A DNA stretch of 64,000 nucleotides from the human T2T-CHM13v2.0 reference genome, Homo sapiens. The notes under the pieces are model-generated. The model was not told where the DNA came from and did no database searches. It was given only the letters and a program-made list of their open reading frames with translations. The stretch is from the NCBI RefSeq assembly GCF_009914755.1, contig NC_060927.1; one strand, 5' to 3'. The translations under genes were made by a program, and so were the position numbers. Positions 29,910 through 43,644 of the stretch are shown here, in pieces (position 1 is the first letter of the stretch; every line of letters begins with the position of its first letter).

Positions 29910-30320
29910 TGTATTATTTATTACTGTGTAACTATTATCCCAAAACATAGATACTTAGACAACAAAAGTTAATTATCTCATACAGTTTTAGACAGATATC
30001 CCGGAATGGTTTAGCTGGGTGATTTTGGCTCAGCATCTCTCATGAGGTTGCAGTTAAAAATGGCTGCTGGGGTTATAGTCATCTGAAGCTTAACCAGAGC
30101 TGGAGGATTCAGTTCTTTACCATTTGGACTTCTCCATGGGGCTGCTTGGGTGACCTCATGACATGACAGCTTCACCAGAATGAGTAATCAGAAGAGAGTG
30201 AGGTAGAAGATAACCTTTTATAGCCTGTCCTCAGAAATGTCACTGTCATTTCTGCAATATTTTCTTGGTATACAGGTCAGTCCTATTCAGTATGTGAGGG
30301 ACTAACAGGGAGCAGATACT
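29910..30320. mobile_element. MLT1-type MaLR LTR
   Basis: ctgggtgattttggctcagcatctctcatgaggttgcag motif. Confidence 0.65.
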
Positions 30321-30607
30321 CATGTGCTTGTTGCTTATTTGGTCATTTTTGTATTGTGGAGTTAAATCTTTCTAATTTCTAAGAATATAAACGATACCAA
30401 CCCATTGTCATAAATGCTATACATGTGCAGAAGCCGTTGAGGGTCATGATAGAGGTTGGCTACTCTGTGTAATAAATAATTCCCAGAAGTCTTACCATTA
30501 CTCTTTGCTTCATCCTGTTCTCTTTTCCCCTTAATTTTTTTTATTACTTTTTACTTTATTCTGTCATTGATTCTTTTTGAAAATATACATAAAACATAGC
30601 TTATATA

Positions 30608-31758
30608 TAGTCATGCACTGTATAACATTTCAGTCAACAGTGGACTGCATATATGATGGTGGTCTCATAAGATTATAATGGAGGTGAAAAATTTCTATTG
30701 CCTAGTGATGTGTAGCCATCATAATGTAGCACAAGGCATTACTTACGTGTTTGTGGTGATTCTGGTGTAAACAGACTTACTGCCAGTCATATAAAAGTGT
30801 AGCTCACATAATTATGGGTAGTACCTAATACTTGATAATGATGATAGGTGACTCTCTTACTCATTTGTGAATTTACTATACTATATTTTTAAATCATTAG
30901 AGTGTACTCCTACTTATTTAAAAAAAAACAAAGCTGTAGAACCAGGCTCAGATAGGTCCTTCAGAAGGTATTCCGGAAGAAGGCATTGTTATCATAGGAG
31001 ATGAGAGCTCCATGGATGTTCTTGACCCTGAAGACCTTCCAGTGGGACAGGATATGGAGGTGGAAAATAGTGATATCAATGATCCTGATGCTGTATAGGC
31101 CTAGGCTAATGTGTATGTTTGTGTCATAATTTTTTTCTAAATGTTTAAAAAAGTAAAAATTTAAAATTAAAAGAATAGAAAAATGCTTATAGAATAAGGA
31201 TATAAAGAATAAATATTTTTGTATAGTAGCACAATGTACTTTAAGCTAAAGTATTAAAAAAGTTAAAAAATCAAGTTTATAAAGTAAAAACATTACAGTA
31301 AGCTAAGGTTAATTTATTGAAGAAATGGAATTTTAAAAAATAAATGTAGTATAGCCTAAGTGTATAGCGTTTGTAAACCTTTAGTAGTGCACAGTAATGT
31401 CCTTGGCCTTCACATTCACTCAACACAAGTACCTCACTTGGAGCAGCTTTTAATCCTACAAGCTCCAGTCATGGTAAGTGCCCTAGGCAGGCATACCATT
31501 TTTTATCTGTTTTGCCATATTTTCACTGTACCTTTTTTATGTTTTGATATGTTTAGATACACAAATAATTACCATGTGTTAGAATTGCCTAAGTATTCAG
31601 TACAGGAACATGCTCTACAGGTTTGTAGACTGCTATGTACCATATAGCCTAGCTATGTAGTAGGCTATATACATCTAGGTTTGTGTAAGTATACTATATG
31701 ATTATACAGTGACACAATTTTCAGAACCTACTCTTGTCATTAAGCAATGCATGACCAT
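30608..31758. mobile_element. Tigger3-type (Golem) TcMar DNA transposon
   Basis: TIRs agtcatgca...tgcatgacc; atgatggtggtctcataagattataat; about 1.15 kb. Confidence 0.8.
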
Positions 31759-31957
31759 ATTTTTTATTACTCAAAACATTGCTTACTATAAACAATGTCT
31801 GCATTTTGCTCTCTTCATATATCCTATAGATCTCTCAAGTATGTGAAGAAGTTCATCCTTTTTCTTTTTTTAAACAATTAAACAGACTTCTTAATTAATT
31901 TTCAGAATACTGTGACAGTCCCATTTGGACTTGAATGAGGTGGGTTTAAAGTAAGTA

Positions 31958-32541
31958 CCGTAAATCCTCACTTAACATTGTTGATAGGTTCTTGGAAATT
32001 GTAACTTTAAGTGAGATGACGTATGAGGAAATCAGTTCTACCATAGGCTAATTGATATGAGTAAGTTGAGTTCCTACAGCATATCTCTGATCACAAAAAT
32101 ACCCCCAGACTTCTAGATAAAGACTAAAAACAAATGTGAGTTATAGATACATTTAAGAAAGATTAATAAAAACAAATAAGATAATGATTTATGCAGTTAT
32201 TCCAATTCAGGGTTGTGGGTGGCTGAAATCTATCCCATCAGCTCAGTAGCAAAGTGGGGACCAACCCTGACAGGTTGCTATTCCATTGCAGGGTGCATTG
32301 CAACCACACACACACCCATAGTCGTTCAGACTGAGATCATTTAGACAAGCTAAGTAACCTAACATACACATCTTTGGGATGTGGGAGGAAATTGAAGTGC
32401 CCAGAGAAAACCCACACAGACTTGGGGAGAATGTGCAGACTCTACACAGAACAGTAACCCCAACTGGGAATAATTTTTTTTTCCTTCTCAGTGTTTTAAC
32501 GAAACAATGTCGAACAAAAGATGTTATTTGAGGATCTGCTG
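31958..32541. mobile_element. MER82-like TcMar-Tigger DNA transposon
   Basis: gtaaatcctcacttaac...gataggttcttggaaa and gttatttgaggatctgctg termini. Confidence 0.75.
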
Positions 32542-34440
32542 TGTAAAAGGAATCTTGTGTAGAGATATAATAAACCTCTGAAATTTTTAACTCTAGGGAT
32601 GTTTTTCAAAATCAATTTATAGCAGTTTATGAAAACATGCAAAAAAAAAAAGCTTTATGAAGAGTTGTACCCTATAAATTTTTATTGAGGGGAATAACTG
32701 TGGTTTTGACCAGGAGTTCCTTACTCATTGATGACCACAGTCTACTACTACGTGGAACCTTAATCTCAGCCTTTTTTGATGATGCCCAAGTTAATATTTA
32801 TATTGTTTTGTTCATGGGATAATATATGCAAAATGACTTTATAAACTAAAGCTTTGGAGTTATGCCTGAGTTCCAGTGATGGTTCTTAGCTCTTCATGGT
32901 TCTGTTCTTAGCTATTGACTGCAGGTAAGTTGCTTAATTTTTCTGTATCTGAGATAAGGAATACTAATATGGTTGAATTTTTTTAAATGTGTTTATTGCC
33001 TGTTTGCTTATTTTTTTATTGTGGAGTTAAGCCTTCTAATTTTCAAGAATTAAGAGTTCATTGTTATGTGCTATACGTATTTATTCCCCTTGATTATATT
33101 TCTGTACCTACTTACCTTTTTATTTTAGATTCTGGTCACTTCTATTCCGAAAGTTAGTTATGAAGTACAATCCAGGATTAAGGTGGCATCTAAATTTGGT
33201 TAATTTCTGTGCTACCTTTTATGCTATTAGTCTAAATCATTAAGAAAGCATTTAAGAAACTTTTGTAAGCGTTTCTTTTTTTTTCTTGTCATATTTGGGA
33301 ATAGGATAAATAGCTTAAAATAGTTGAGCTGATTTTTATTTGTATTCTTTTTTTATTATAAAGAAACATTTGCTAGGAAATAAGCTGGATATAAACATAG
33401 TTGTATCTCCTTTAGTGCTACCCAGCACTAAACACTTAGACACGTATAGGGCTGAGCAGCTGGTATAATAGAGTGGGCTCCGTCTCATTTTCTAAGCCTG
33501 TGAGTCCTAGCTGCCTACTGCAGCTCGATTTGAGTGGGAGTTGATATAATGTCTTTTTTTTTTTCTCACTTCAGCAGTAAGTATCTGGTTTGCTCATAGT
33601 CTTTTGATTAATAGGTAGTTTGAATATTTTTCAAAGAATCAGCCAACATGTGATTATTTTAAAGATTTAAATACCAGATAGATATTAAAATGCAAGGTTA
33701 TTGCTACTAGATATTACATCTAGCTAAATCAACCATTGTGAAATAATTGAGAAGTAGAGATAATAAAGACATAAACCAATAAATCTTTGCTTGAAAATCA
33801 CAGGTATGGGAACAGATTGTGAGGACAGAAAAATAAAAAGTAAAAAGAAAAATCATAGGTAATAAGTGTCTAAAGGGTTTCTTCATAGGAACAGTGGTTG
33901 TTGACCCCAAATAGGACAAATAGGACTCCCATGTTCAAGAACACATCACCGTTGTTAAAAAGGTCTGCCATTATTAAATAGTGCAATGAAGAACCATTTA
34001 GACTTTATTAGAGTCCACGTTATTGGCAAAAGATGTTGGATATTCATAGAAAATCAAACTTGACAAATTCCAAAAGTGTCTTTCAGCTCTGGAACAAAAG
34101 ATGTCATATAGTTCCTTGCTACCAAAGAGTTTGTTCATATGGTAATAGAGGCCCATACCTTTAGAGGGCAAATCCAGTGCTTTAGGAAGGACTTAGATGA
34201 TATAAATGGTATTTGTCCCTTTTCTCATTTTTATTTACTGATTTTCAACTCACTTGGCTTTTAATGAACATTAGCGTTACTTATCTGTTGGCAGCTGGGT
34301 TGGAAAACATTTGTTTTTCTAGACTTTATGAAATGGTAGCCACTGGTGTTGCACTTAATGTTTATTGCCAGTTAGTTCTCTGCAGTTAATCCACAGCAGA
34401 GGAATCACACTTCTAAAATGGTTCATTCTCTTCTTCATAG

Positions 34441-34734
<294 letters not shown>

Positions 34735-35497
34735 TAAACTTTAAGTTCTTAATTCCTTGATTTGTAGTACATTGATATAATAGGTATTAAGTTTTTATTA
34801 GGGGAAACAACATTTGTTTTATTTATTTTTAAATATTTTACATTAATATTGTAAATCAACATTTCAGTTTTCTGGTGGGGAGATAAAACTTACAGTAGAT
34901 GATTCTGCAGTAACTTGTAGTATAAAAAGTTTTTAATACAAAGCTGTCTTACTAACATTATCAGTTTATCTCTTAGGCGACTTAGTGCAAGTTTTCCCCC
35001 TTCCCTCCACCTCTCCATTTATATGTAACACGTAATTCCAGTGTACTCTTAGTACCTGTAGAAATATGAACAGTTTACTATACATGGAAAGGTGATGTTA
35101 TTTAAATAAGAGCTCAATTAAGCTACTTAGATTTTAAAATCTCTTGCAAGTATGTAGGAATACCAGAAATAGGCCATAAAAATAAAATCGTATAAAATGT
35201 AATTCAGGCAACTAAGAACATTGTTTAGTTGTTTTAAATAAGCATCCTGAGTATTTTGTTTCTATTTTACCATCTGTCCACTGAAGATTATATGTATTTA
35301 AGTATGATAAATATTATTAATGTAACTTTGGCTATAATTCCAGTATTTTTTACAGTTATGTCAGAGAGTTTGTGTCCAACTCTTGTTTTACAGCCAAAGA
35401 TTGAAGTATCAGAATTTCAACTGTAATTAGAAATAATTTATGCAGGTTGAATCTAGTCTAAATTCTATTTTATAGAGTTTTGTGGTATCAGCTAGAG

Positions 35498-35713
35498 CAG
35501 GAGTCAGTAAAGTATAGCCCACAGGCCAAATCTGGACTATTGCCTGTTTTTTTGAATAAAGTTTTATTGGAACACACTTCTACTTTTATATTCTCTACTG
35601 CTACTTGGGCACTAGAATGGCAGAGTTGAGTAGTTGCAACAGAAGACCATGTGGCCCACAAAGCCTAAACTATTTACTATCTGGCTCTTTACAGAAAAGT
35701 TTGCTGACTCCTG
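35498..35713. mobile_element. MER58A hAT DNA transposon
   Basis: TIRs caggagtcag / ctgactcctg; 8-bp TSD-like agctagag/acctagac. Confidence 0.85.
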
Positions 35714-35969
35714 ACCTAGACCATAACATTCTGTCATTAATTAAAATTTGAAATATTTTGACACAATTTTATTTAGATTGTATTTGCTGTAGAGTGACTT
35801 AACTTGTAGCTACTTGTTTTTAATTGTATAAAATACATAGAACTTAAGTTTGGATTATATCAGGAGGAAGGTTATTTTTAGGATGCAGTTCTTTTAAAAA
35901 AATCAGTGTTACAAACTATGTTATTTATAGAAAGAATAGCAGAGCTGAAGAGATTTAGTCATCATTTAA

Positions 35970-36110
35970 TCTCGGGATTTCGGTCCTCACTATGCTTTAG
36001 AATCACCTGGGGGAGGCTATGTGTGGGGCCCCATTCCCAGAGATTTTGAATTTCATTTGATTGGGTGTGGGACTCAGGCGTTTGCATTTTATAAATGAGG
36101 CAACTAGTTT
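35970..36110. mobile_element. MER5-like DNA transposon
   Basis: tagaatcacctggggg...cccagagatt...ttgcattttat. Confidence 0.6.
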
Positions 36111-37162
36111 TGAAAGAGATTGTGACTTGTCAAAGCACATACAGCCATTCAGTGGAGGGAGCTGGATCAGTTCAGTATTTCCCTGTATCATTCTGCATTC
36201 TACAACCTAGACTGGAGTTGGCAGACTTACTCCATAAAAGGCTAGATGTCCTATGTATTAAAAAAAAAACTCACATAATTTCCATATTTCCATTTTTTTG
36301 CTATTTCTGATGTCCTTCACCTAAAGTTATTTATTATTTTGGAGGGACGGAAGGGAGACTATATATATACACACACACACATGATAGAAGCATTGCCACA
36401 TTATGTTCAAGAGACTGGTGGGCTGCTAATGAAATCTTCAGCCTGTAGGGTTATTCCCTCCCCTAAGCAATAATTAAGGATCAGATTACTTCCAGGCCCA
36501 GTTAAAAAAAAACAGTTCAGATTTCAGGTGCCAGGATGAAAAGGCACTTTTCTTTTTTCTCGCAGTGTTAAAATGAATAGGCATTTTCAGTATAAAGCTG
36601 AATCCATCTATTTCTTCAAAACCTTATAGTGAAAATTTAAGTTTTATGTAGAGGATAGGAGAACTTGTATGACATTCAGAATTTTTTATGAGTTGGTTTC
36701 AGGTCAGTATTTAGATGCTACCATGAGTTAATGCGTTAAAGATACTTGATTTACTTATTAAGAACTAAGCTTGCTCTTAATAAATTTAGTCAGGGTCTTC
36801 ACTCTGAGTAAAATTTAGTCTTTTCAAATTATTATCTTTGTATTTCTGATCCTACTAGTCTATTAACTTGAATTTGATTGAGAGATATGGAAATAGTCAA
36901 CTAAATACTCTGCTTGGAGACTAAGAGGTGGTGGTGGTAACATTGGACCATCTTTGACACTGTTGGTTTGCCAGTTTCCCTCTGACCTTTTCCAGTTTTG
37001 TTCATGGACTATGTCATAAAGGTTTCTTTCATGAGTAAATTTTGAACCCAGGTTCAAGGTGAGTTCAGAATATACTCAAATTCATTCAATCCTTTTTTTT
37101 TTAATGCAGGGTTGTACATATTTTAATAATTTTCTTATGTATCTGGTATTTAATGCTGACAG

Positions 37163-37203
37163 GATTCCAGTCAATGGAGAGGTTTCATTGCAAGTAGCTG
37201 CAG
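37163..37203 (+). other. TFG: Candidate alternative TFG cassette exon with in-frame stop (284-aa product)
   Basis: ctgacag| acceptor, CAG|gtgtgt donor; after exon 7 reads GFQSMERFHCK then TAG at 37195-37197. I recall a short annotated TFG isoform of this type but have not verified it. Confidence 0.55.
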
Positions 37204-37836
37204 GTGTGTTTCATGGTAGAGATAAAAGTTTTCAGTGAAGCAGACTTTCGTTGTAAAAAAAATTACATCCTAGTAAATAATGAATATAGATGTTGCTTTT
37301 TATGGGGCAATATGGTATGCTTTTTATGTGTTATGCTGTACTGCTAAGTAAAAATTTTGAGTTGTAAAGGCAAAAAACATCAGATACCAAATCTAAAAGG
37401 AATGATTTTAAAGATTGTGAAAATGGTACTTTTTATTTATTTGCAAAATTTAAAGCACCTGATTAGTACAATAAGATGTATTTATAGTATTATTTCATAT
37501 AAAAATGTTCATTCTCCGCAATGTGTTTTTATTTGATACTGTTAAGTAGGTCTCCCCTGAAAACCTGGTTAATGACTATTTAGCTTTCCCATTTTTGGTC
37601 TTCCTAGAAAGTATAATTCTTTCATTTATCATTTGAGCATCTGTTCTAGGAATTATGCTATGTCAGGAATTTGCTCTCAGGGATTATGTCTTAGAGAGTT
37701 TAAAAAATTGTAGAGAATGCCTCTTTGATAACTACTTGGTCTTGAAATATTATGTGATGGAATCTACCACTCTGCTTGTTACATACATATTTATTAAATT
37801 TCTCACCATTTTTGGTCCACCTAACAGTAAGACTAA

Positions 37837-38280
<444 letters not shown>

Positions 38281-38693
38281 GGAGGCTCCTCTACACCAAT
38301 TAATGTAGCTGCTAGCTATTGGCCTCCCAAAAGACTCCAGTACTATTTTAATTTGTATTGAAGAAGTTCAGAAATTTAAAAGCAGAGCATTTTTTATGAT
38401 ATCATTGTTGGTGTTAATTGAAAGTATAATTTGCTGGAACACAAAGACCAAAATGAAAGTTTTTTCCTCCCTGCTTAAAAATGTAGCAGCTTCTTAGTTA
38501 CTTTGGAACACTACTCTTACATGTATAAAGTGATTGACTTGACTTTCTAGCTTCCCTTGTCCGGAGGATATTAAAATGCTAGGGTGAGGTTTAGCCATCT
38601 TACTTGGCTTTTTACTATTAACATGATGTACTAAAGTAGAGCCCTTTGAGAATACAAGATATTATGTATAAAATGTAACACTGATGATAGGTT

Positions 38694-38699
38694 AATAAA
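38694..38699 (+). terminator. TFG: TFG polyadenylation signal AATAAA
   Basis: First AATAAA after the stop, with upstream TGTA elements and downstream CA plus GT/T-rich sequence. Confidence 0.85.
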
Positions 38700-38920
38700 G
38701 ATGATTGAATCCATTAGTGGTCTTGAAATTTTAATTTAGTCACTAACATTATGTGAAAAAAGGAACAATTTTTCAGAAGTCCTTATTGGTGTTTGGTCTT
38801 AAAATGAAGTATAAACATTTTAACTAACTTACAGATTTCCATTCAGAGAAAACAGTGCCATTTGGTTTTTGCCCTTCCTTTGAAAAAAATGCATTTGGTA
38901 ATCGTTGGTTTAAAATGAAC

Positions 38921-38926
38921 TTTATT
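38921..38926 (-). terminator. ABI3BP: Probable distal ABI3BP polyadenylation signal (AATAAA on - strand)
   Basis: TTTATT on +; further candidates at 39147-39152 and 39334-39339. Confidence 0.6.
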
Positions 38927-39016
38927 ACTTCATAGGATGAAAGGTTAATTTAGGACATAAACAAACAAACAGTAGATATAATGGGGGTTGGTAGAGCCTG
39001 AATAAAACTTAGTGAG

Positions 39017-39081
39017 TGATTTTCCTTCTCAGATAAAAGGTATAGTTGATTTGATTTTCCTTCTAGATAAAAGGTATAGTT
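39017..39081. repeat. ~30-bp tandem duplication in ABI3BP 3' UTR
   Basis: tgattttccttct(c)agataaaaggtatagtt at 39017-39047 and 39052-39081. Confidence 0.9.
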
Positions 39082-39757
39082 AACATACTGATGAACCATT
39101 CAGAAATAACAAACAAAAACTCAATCTTAAAAAAAAACTACATCTCTTTATTGCAGAATTTATACTTGTTTGAAAAATACAAAATGTAGCGTTGATAAGA
39201 TTGAAGCATGTTGAAAGGTAAGTACAGGGAAAGGTCCTTTCAGAATGACTGCAACAGTGCAGCAAGGATTCCCATTCCCCGCCTAAAGGACAATACCTTT
39301 TTAATAGAAATAAATGAGTTAGTTAGTTAGATTTTTATTACAGATTGAATTAAACAGTTAGTTACAAAGACATTCTCTGATACATTCATTCATAGAGGTC
39401 TTAACGTATAAATACATAGTAAATATCCTATAAAATGGTAGGCAATCTCATTGTGCATTATCTTTTTGTGCTCAGACTTGACTTCACATTCAGTCTCTAC
39501 ATACAGCTTGATTAGAATCATAAAAACAATATGAAGACGATTGCATAAAGGGATAGTTTGACAAAGCATATTCAGATATTGTAACATTTATGGTGGGTAA
39601 AAATGTATCTTTTGAAACAATATATTAGACTCCATTTTTAGCTGAAATGAAATTTACTGATTCAATCTTTTTAAGAATTTGTGGATGTTTAAAGGAAATG
39701 TATATTAGCATGAATGTGTAACTATTAAACTCCTCCGCAAAGCTATTCAGCTGTTGC

Positions 39758-39803
39758 TAAAAAATTGAAGTTTAAATATAAAAAATTGAAGTTTAAATAT
39801 AAA
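39758..39803. repeat. Perfect 21-bp tandem duplication in ABI3BP 3' UTR
   Basis: taaaaaattgaagtttaaata x2. Confidence 0.9.
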
Positions 39804-40290
39804 TGTGAAAATTCGGACCTTTTTTCCCCAGATATACATGCTGAAGATAATTTGATCCAATAAGTTAAACTAAGTAGAGATTTATGGAATTAACTCATCA
39901 ATAGGAAGAGTACACATCAATAAAAGTAAATTTTTTTTAAAAAGTATATACCTTTTTGATGTTAATTTTGTTATAAAAGTATCTCAAAACATCATTACAA
40001 CAGTGTGATAAATAATATACAAATGATCTCTTAAAATACCATGAATAGGGAGCCAGCTTCCCCAAAAATGTTATTCTGTTAACATCAGTATCTTGCTTTC
40101 TTAAAATGACTTTGTAAAACCTGATAAATACTCTCAGCAATCTTTTCTAATAATAAACATCTAGTATTGCTATTAATTAGATTGTAGACTTTTATACATA
40201 GTAAACAAAATAGCTTTAAATGAATGCGGCATAGTATTTTCAATGATTTTTGTTTGCAATGATGAAACAGAAGGTAACTTTGTGCAGCAT

Positions 40291-40458
<168 letters not shown>

Positions 40459-41347
40459 TCACAGCTCATAGATTGAAGGATGTCGTTGACTAGCTGAAGG
40501 CTAATCTTAGTGAAGCGAGGTAATTTAGAAAACTGAGAGCAAGAAGTTCTGGTGTTTTTTCCTGAGGTGTAGTCATGGTTGGCTAAAATGGGCACCTGAA
40601 AAATTGTTGACATTTGCCGTGTCAAGTTAGGAGGGGATGGTTGGTAGTGAGTTTCACTGCCCATTATGTGTTCAAAGAACTTAGTAGGTCATCTTTCAGT
40701 ATTGTTGGTATTTTTAAGTGCCCGTGAACAAAATGTGTTACTGAAAAATCGAATCAAATAGTTTATTTAGAGAACCTCCAGGTGATTCTGGACTAATAGG
40801 AACAATTAATTTACCCCCTTCTGCACTGCTTAGACAAGGATTAATTTTCAGTCTTATTCAGTCCTCATTACACAGCTTGGTGCCAATGGGTCTTTAGCAA
40901 TTTACAGAGGTTATTCATTTCCCACAGAATTATTCTAATTATATTTATACAGTTACTTGCAAGGTAAGTACTATTTTTTCCATTTATGATAGCAGTAGTT
41001 AAAAAATTTTTTTTCTTAAGGAAATAAAAATAACGCAAGTACACTCAGTATGACAAAACCCATAACATTAATAAATGAGTGATTTAAGTTTGGGAAACTG
41101 CTTTTTTATAGCTGTTTTTGCAAGTTTAGAGTTTCTTGAAGTAGAATGCATTTATATTATGTCTGTAATTTCCCTTGGCTCCAGGTTTCTAAGCTGAGAA
41201 ACTTACATTGAAGTCTTCATTTTTTCCTAGATATGTGGAGCAGTAGTACTATAGAATTCTTTTTAAATTGCTTGCTTTCCTCAGCTTGATTTCTTTCTGA
41301 GTTAATCTGTAAAACTCTGTTCTTATGAGGAGGATCAGAAAACATAC

Positions 41348-41470
41348 CTTCTTTGATTGGTAACTGGTCAGAAGTGAGTTGCTGCCCAGTGCGTCCATCT
41401 AAAAATGAATCCACAAACTGGCAGTGATCTTCTCCATGGCCCCTCTGATCACCTATGTTATAAAATTTTC
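41348..41470 (-). CDS. ABI3BP: ABI3BP penultimate exon
   Basis: cttcag| acceptor, AAG|gtatgt donor; 123 nt; GKFYNIGDQRGHGEDHCQFVDSFLDGRTGQQLTSDQLPIKE. Confidence 0.93.
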
Positions 41471-41539
41471 CTGAAGAACCAGAAATTAAAAGGATAAAGT
41501 TTACTTTCTTACTTTGAAATGTGACAATTTTGAAATCAT

Positions 41540-42100
41540 CATTACTGTTTTTGTACTTTCTCCCCTCATTCTCTATTACCCTAGTTCAAACCAACAATGT
41601 TTCTTGCCTACCTGTATTCTTCCTCCCCTCCCTTTCAGGGATTAGTGATCTTTTAAAAATGCATGTCAGTTAATGTTCGTTCTCTCCATAAATTTCCCCA
41701 GCAGTCTCCCATTATACTCAGAATAAAATCCAAAGTTCTTACCTGATTTCAAACTCCACATGATTTCACACCTGCCTGCCCCTCCACTTACTAAGTCTGG
41801 GCCATACTGGTGGAACTGGCCAGGTGTATTCTACCTTAGGCCTTTGACCTTCTCTTTCCTCTAGACCTTTGTGTGGTTAGTTCCTTCTCAATTTTCTCCT
41901 TAGCTAGTGCTAACTAACTTTTTAGAGAGGCCTTCACCTTTTTGAAAATGTTCTTTAAAGTACCTCTATGAAATGTTTACTTATTTATGTATTGTCTATC
42001 TCTTCTTACTAAGGAAGGGAAGGAGAGGTAAGCTTTAGGAAAATAGGAAATATCTTTTATGCTGCTTTGTGTTCAGCACTTAGAAGAGTTGAATGACTGA
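41540..42100 (+). mobile_element. L2 LINE 3' remnant
   Basis: ctcagaataaaatccaaa...ttcagcacttagaa...gaatgactgaa. Confidence 0.6.
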
Positions 42101-42475
42101 AAAAAATCTACTTTTTAATGTTAGGGCCAGGCCTATTCATTAAAAATTTTTACTCTGTAAATATAGAAAATTATAACCTATTGGGCACGGAGCAGGGGGT
42201 TGTAGCTCTTCTAGCATCTTGAAGATGTTATATTCATTCCATGGTTATTGTTAGATTTAGTCACTTTATTGTCAGTCGGTTTTTTTATCCCTGGATGGTT
42301 GTAACAAAATGGAGTTTGACCATGGTTAGTGAATGTACATTCCAGTTTGTCATGATGGCACTGTTTTATAATTGCATTTTTATTATTTACCTTCTAATAG
42401 CATGTCTTAAATCCTTGCTTTCTAGGAATGATAACTGTTTCCGTAACATTTTGCTCAGAGGAAAACTTGTGTTTA

Positions 42476-42787
<312 letters not shown>

Positions 42788-43100
42788 TCAGATACTTCAA
42801 GAAATCAGTTTACAAAATTTGTCAACTTGCTGATACCTTTTTTTCCCCCCATGCTAAATACTGGAGCCAAAAATATTAGAGGGATTTAAACAAGTAAACC
42901 CCAGAGTAAGTTTCTGTCAATAGATAAATCTGAGAGCAGCATGTTAAGGTGTTTAGGTGTTGAATAGCCTCTGCAGAGCTGGATGTAGACAGTGTCATTT
43001 AGGAGCAAATTTAGGTTTCTTTTTTGTAGCATGTTATAAAGTTTAGACAACTGCTTTAATATGACTTGTTATTAAAAGTGGAAATGAGGGTGTTAATATC

Positions 43101-43365
43101 TTTTTTTTTTTTTGAGACAGGATCTCACTCTGTTGCCCAAGCTGGATAATGGCTCACTGTAGCATTAACCTCCTGGGCTCAAGTGAACATCCCACCTCAG
43201 CCTCCCAAGTAGCTAGGACCACAGGTGTGCATCATCATGCCTAGCTAATTTTTTATTTTTAAATTTTTTGTAGAGAGGGAGTCTCATTACGTTGCCAGGC
43301 TGGTCTCCAGCTCCTGGGCTCAAGCAATCCTCCCACCTCAGCCTCTCAGAGTGCTGGGATTACAC
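43101..43365 (-). mobile_element. AluJ
   Basis: Poly-T plus dimer body. Confidence 0.9.
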
Positions 43366-43614
43366 TGGCTGTTTTATTAAACAGTAATAAGCCTGGTGCA
43401 TGAGTGAAAGCAAATTTCAAAATGTCCAACTTGTTCCCAGAACATCATGGGTCCTCAGTGTTGTACAATGTGTAGGTAAACATTCACAACTGTTTGGTGT
43501 TATAAGAAGACTAAGTGGAAAAACGCGAAATCATGATTCAGATTCTGCCATGCCTGTTCAGTTGAATAAATTTAGAAAAGCATGTAGTTGTGCCTCATTG
43601 AGACAGGTACTTAC

Positions 43615-43644
43615 CAGAAACTGGCTCACTCACTCTTGGGTCCG
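43615..43644 (-). CDS. ABI3BP: ABI3BP 30-nt microexon
   Basis: ttctcctcag| acceptor, CTG|gtaagt donor; ADPRVSEPVS, in frame on both sides. Confidence 0.88.
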
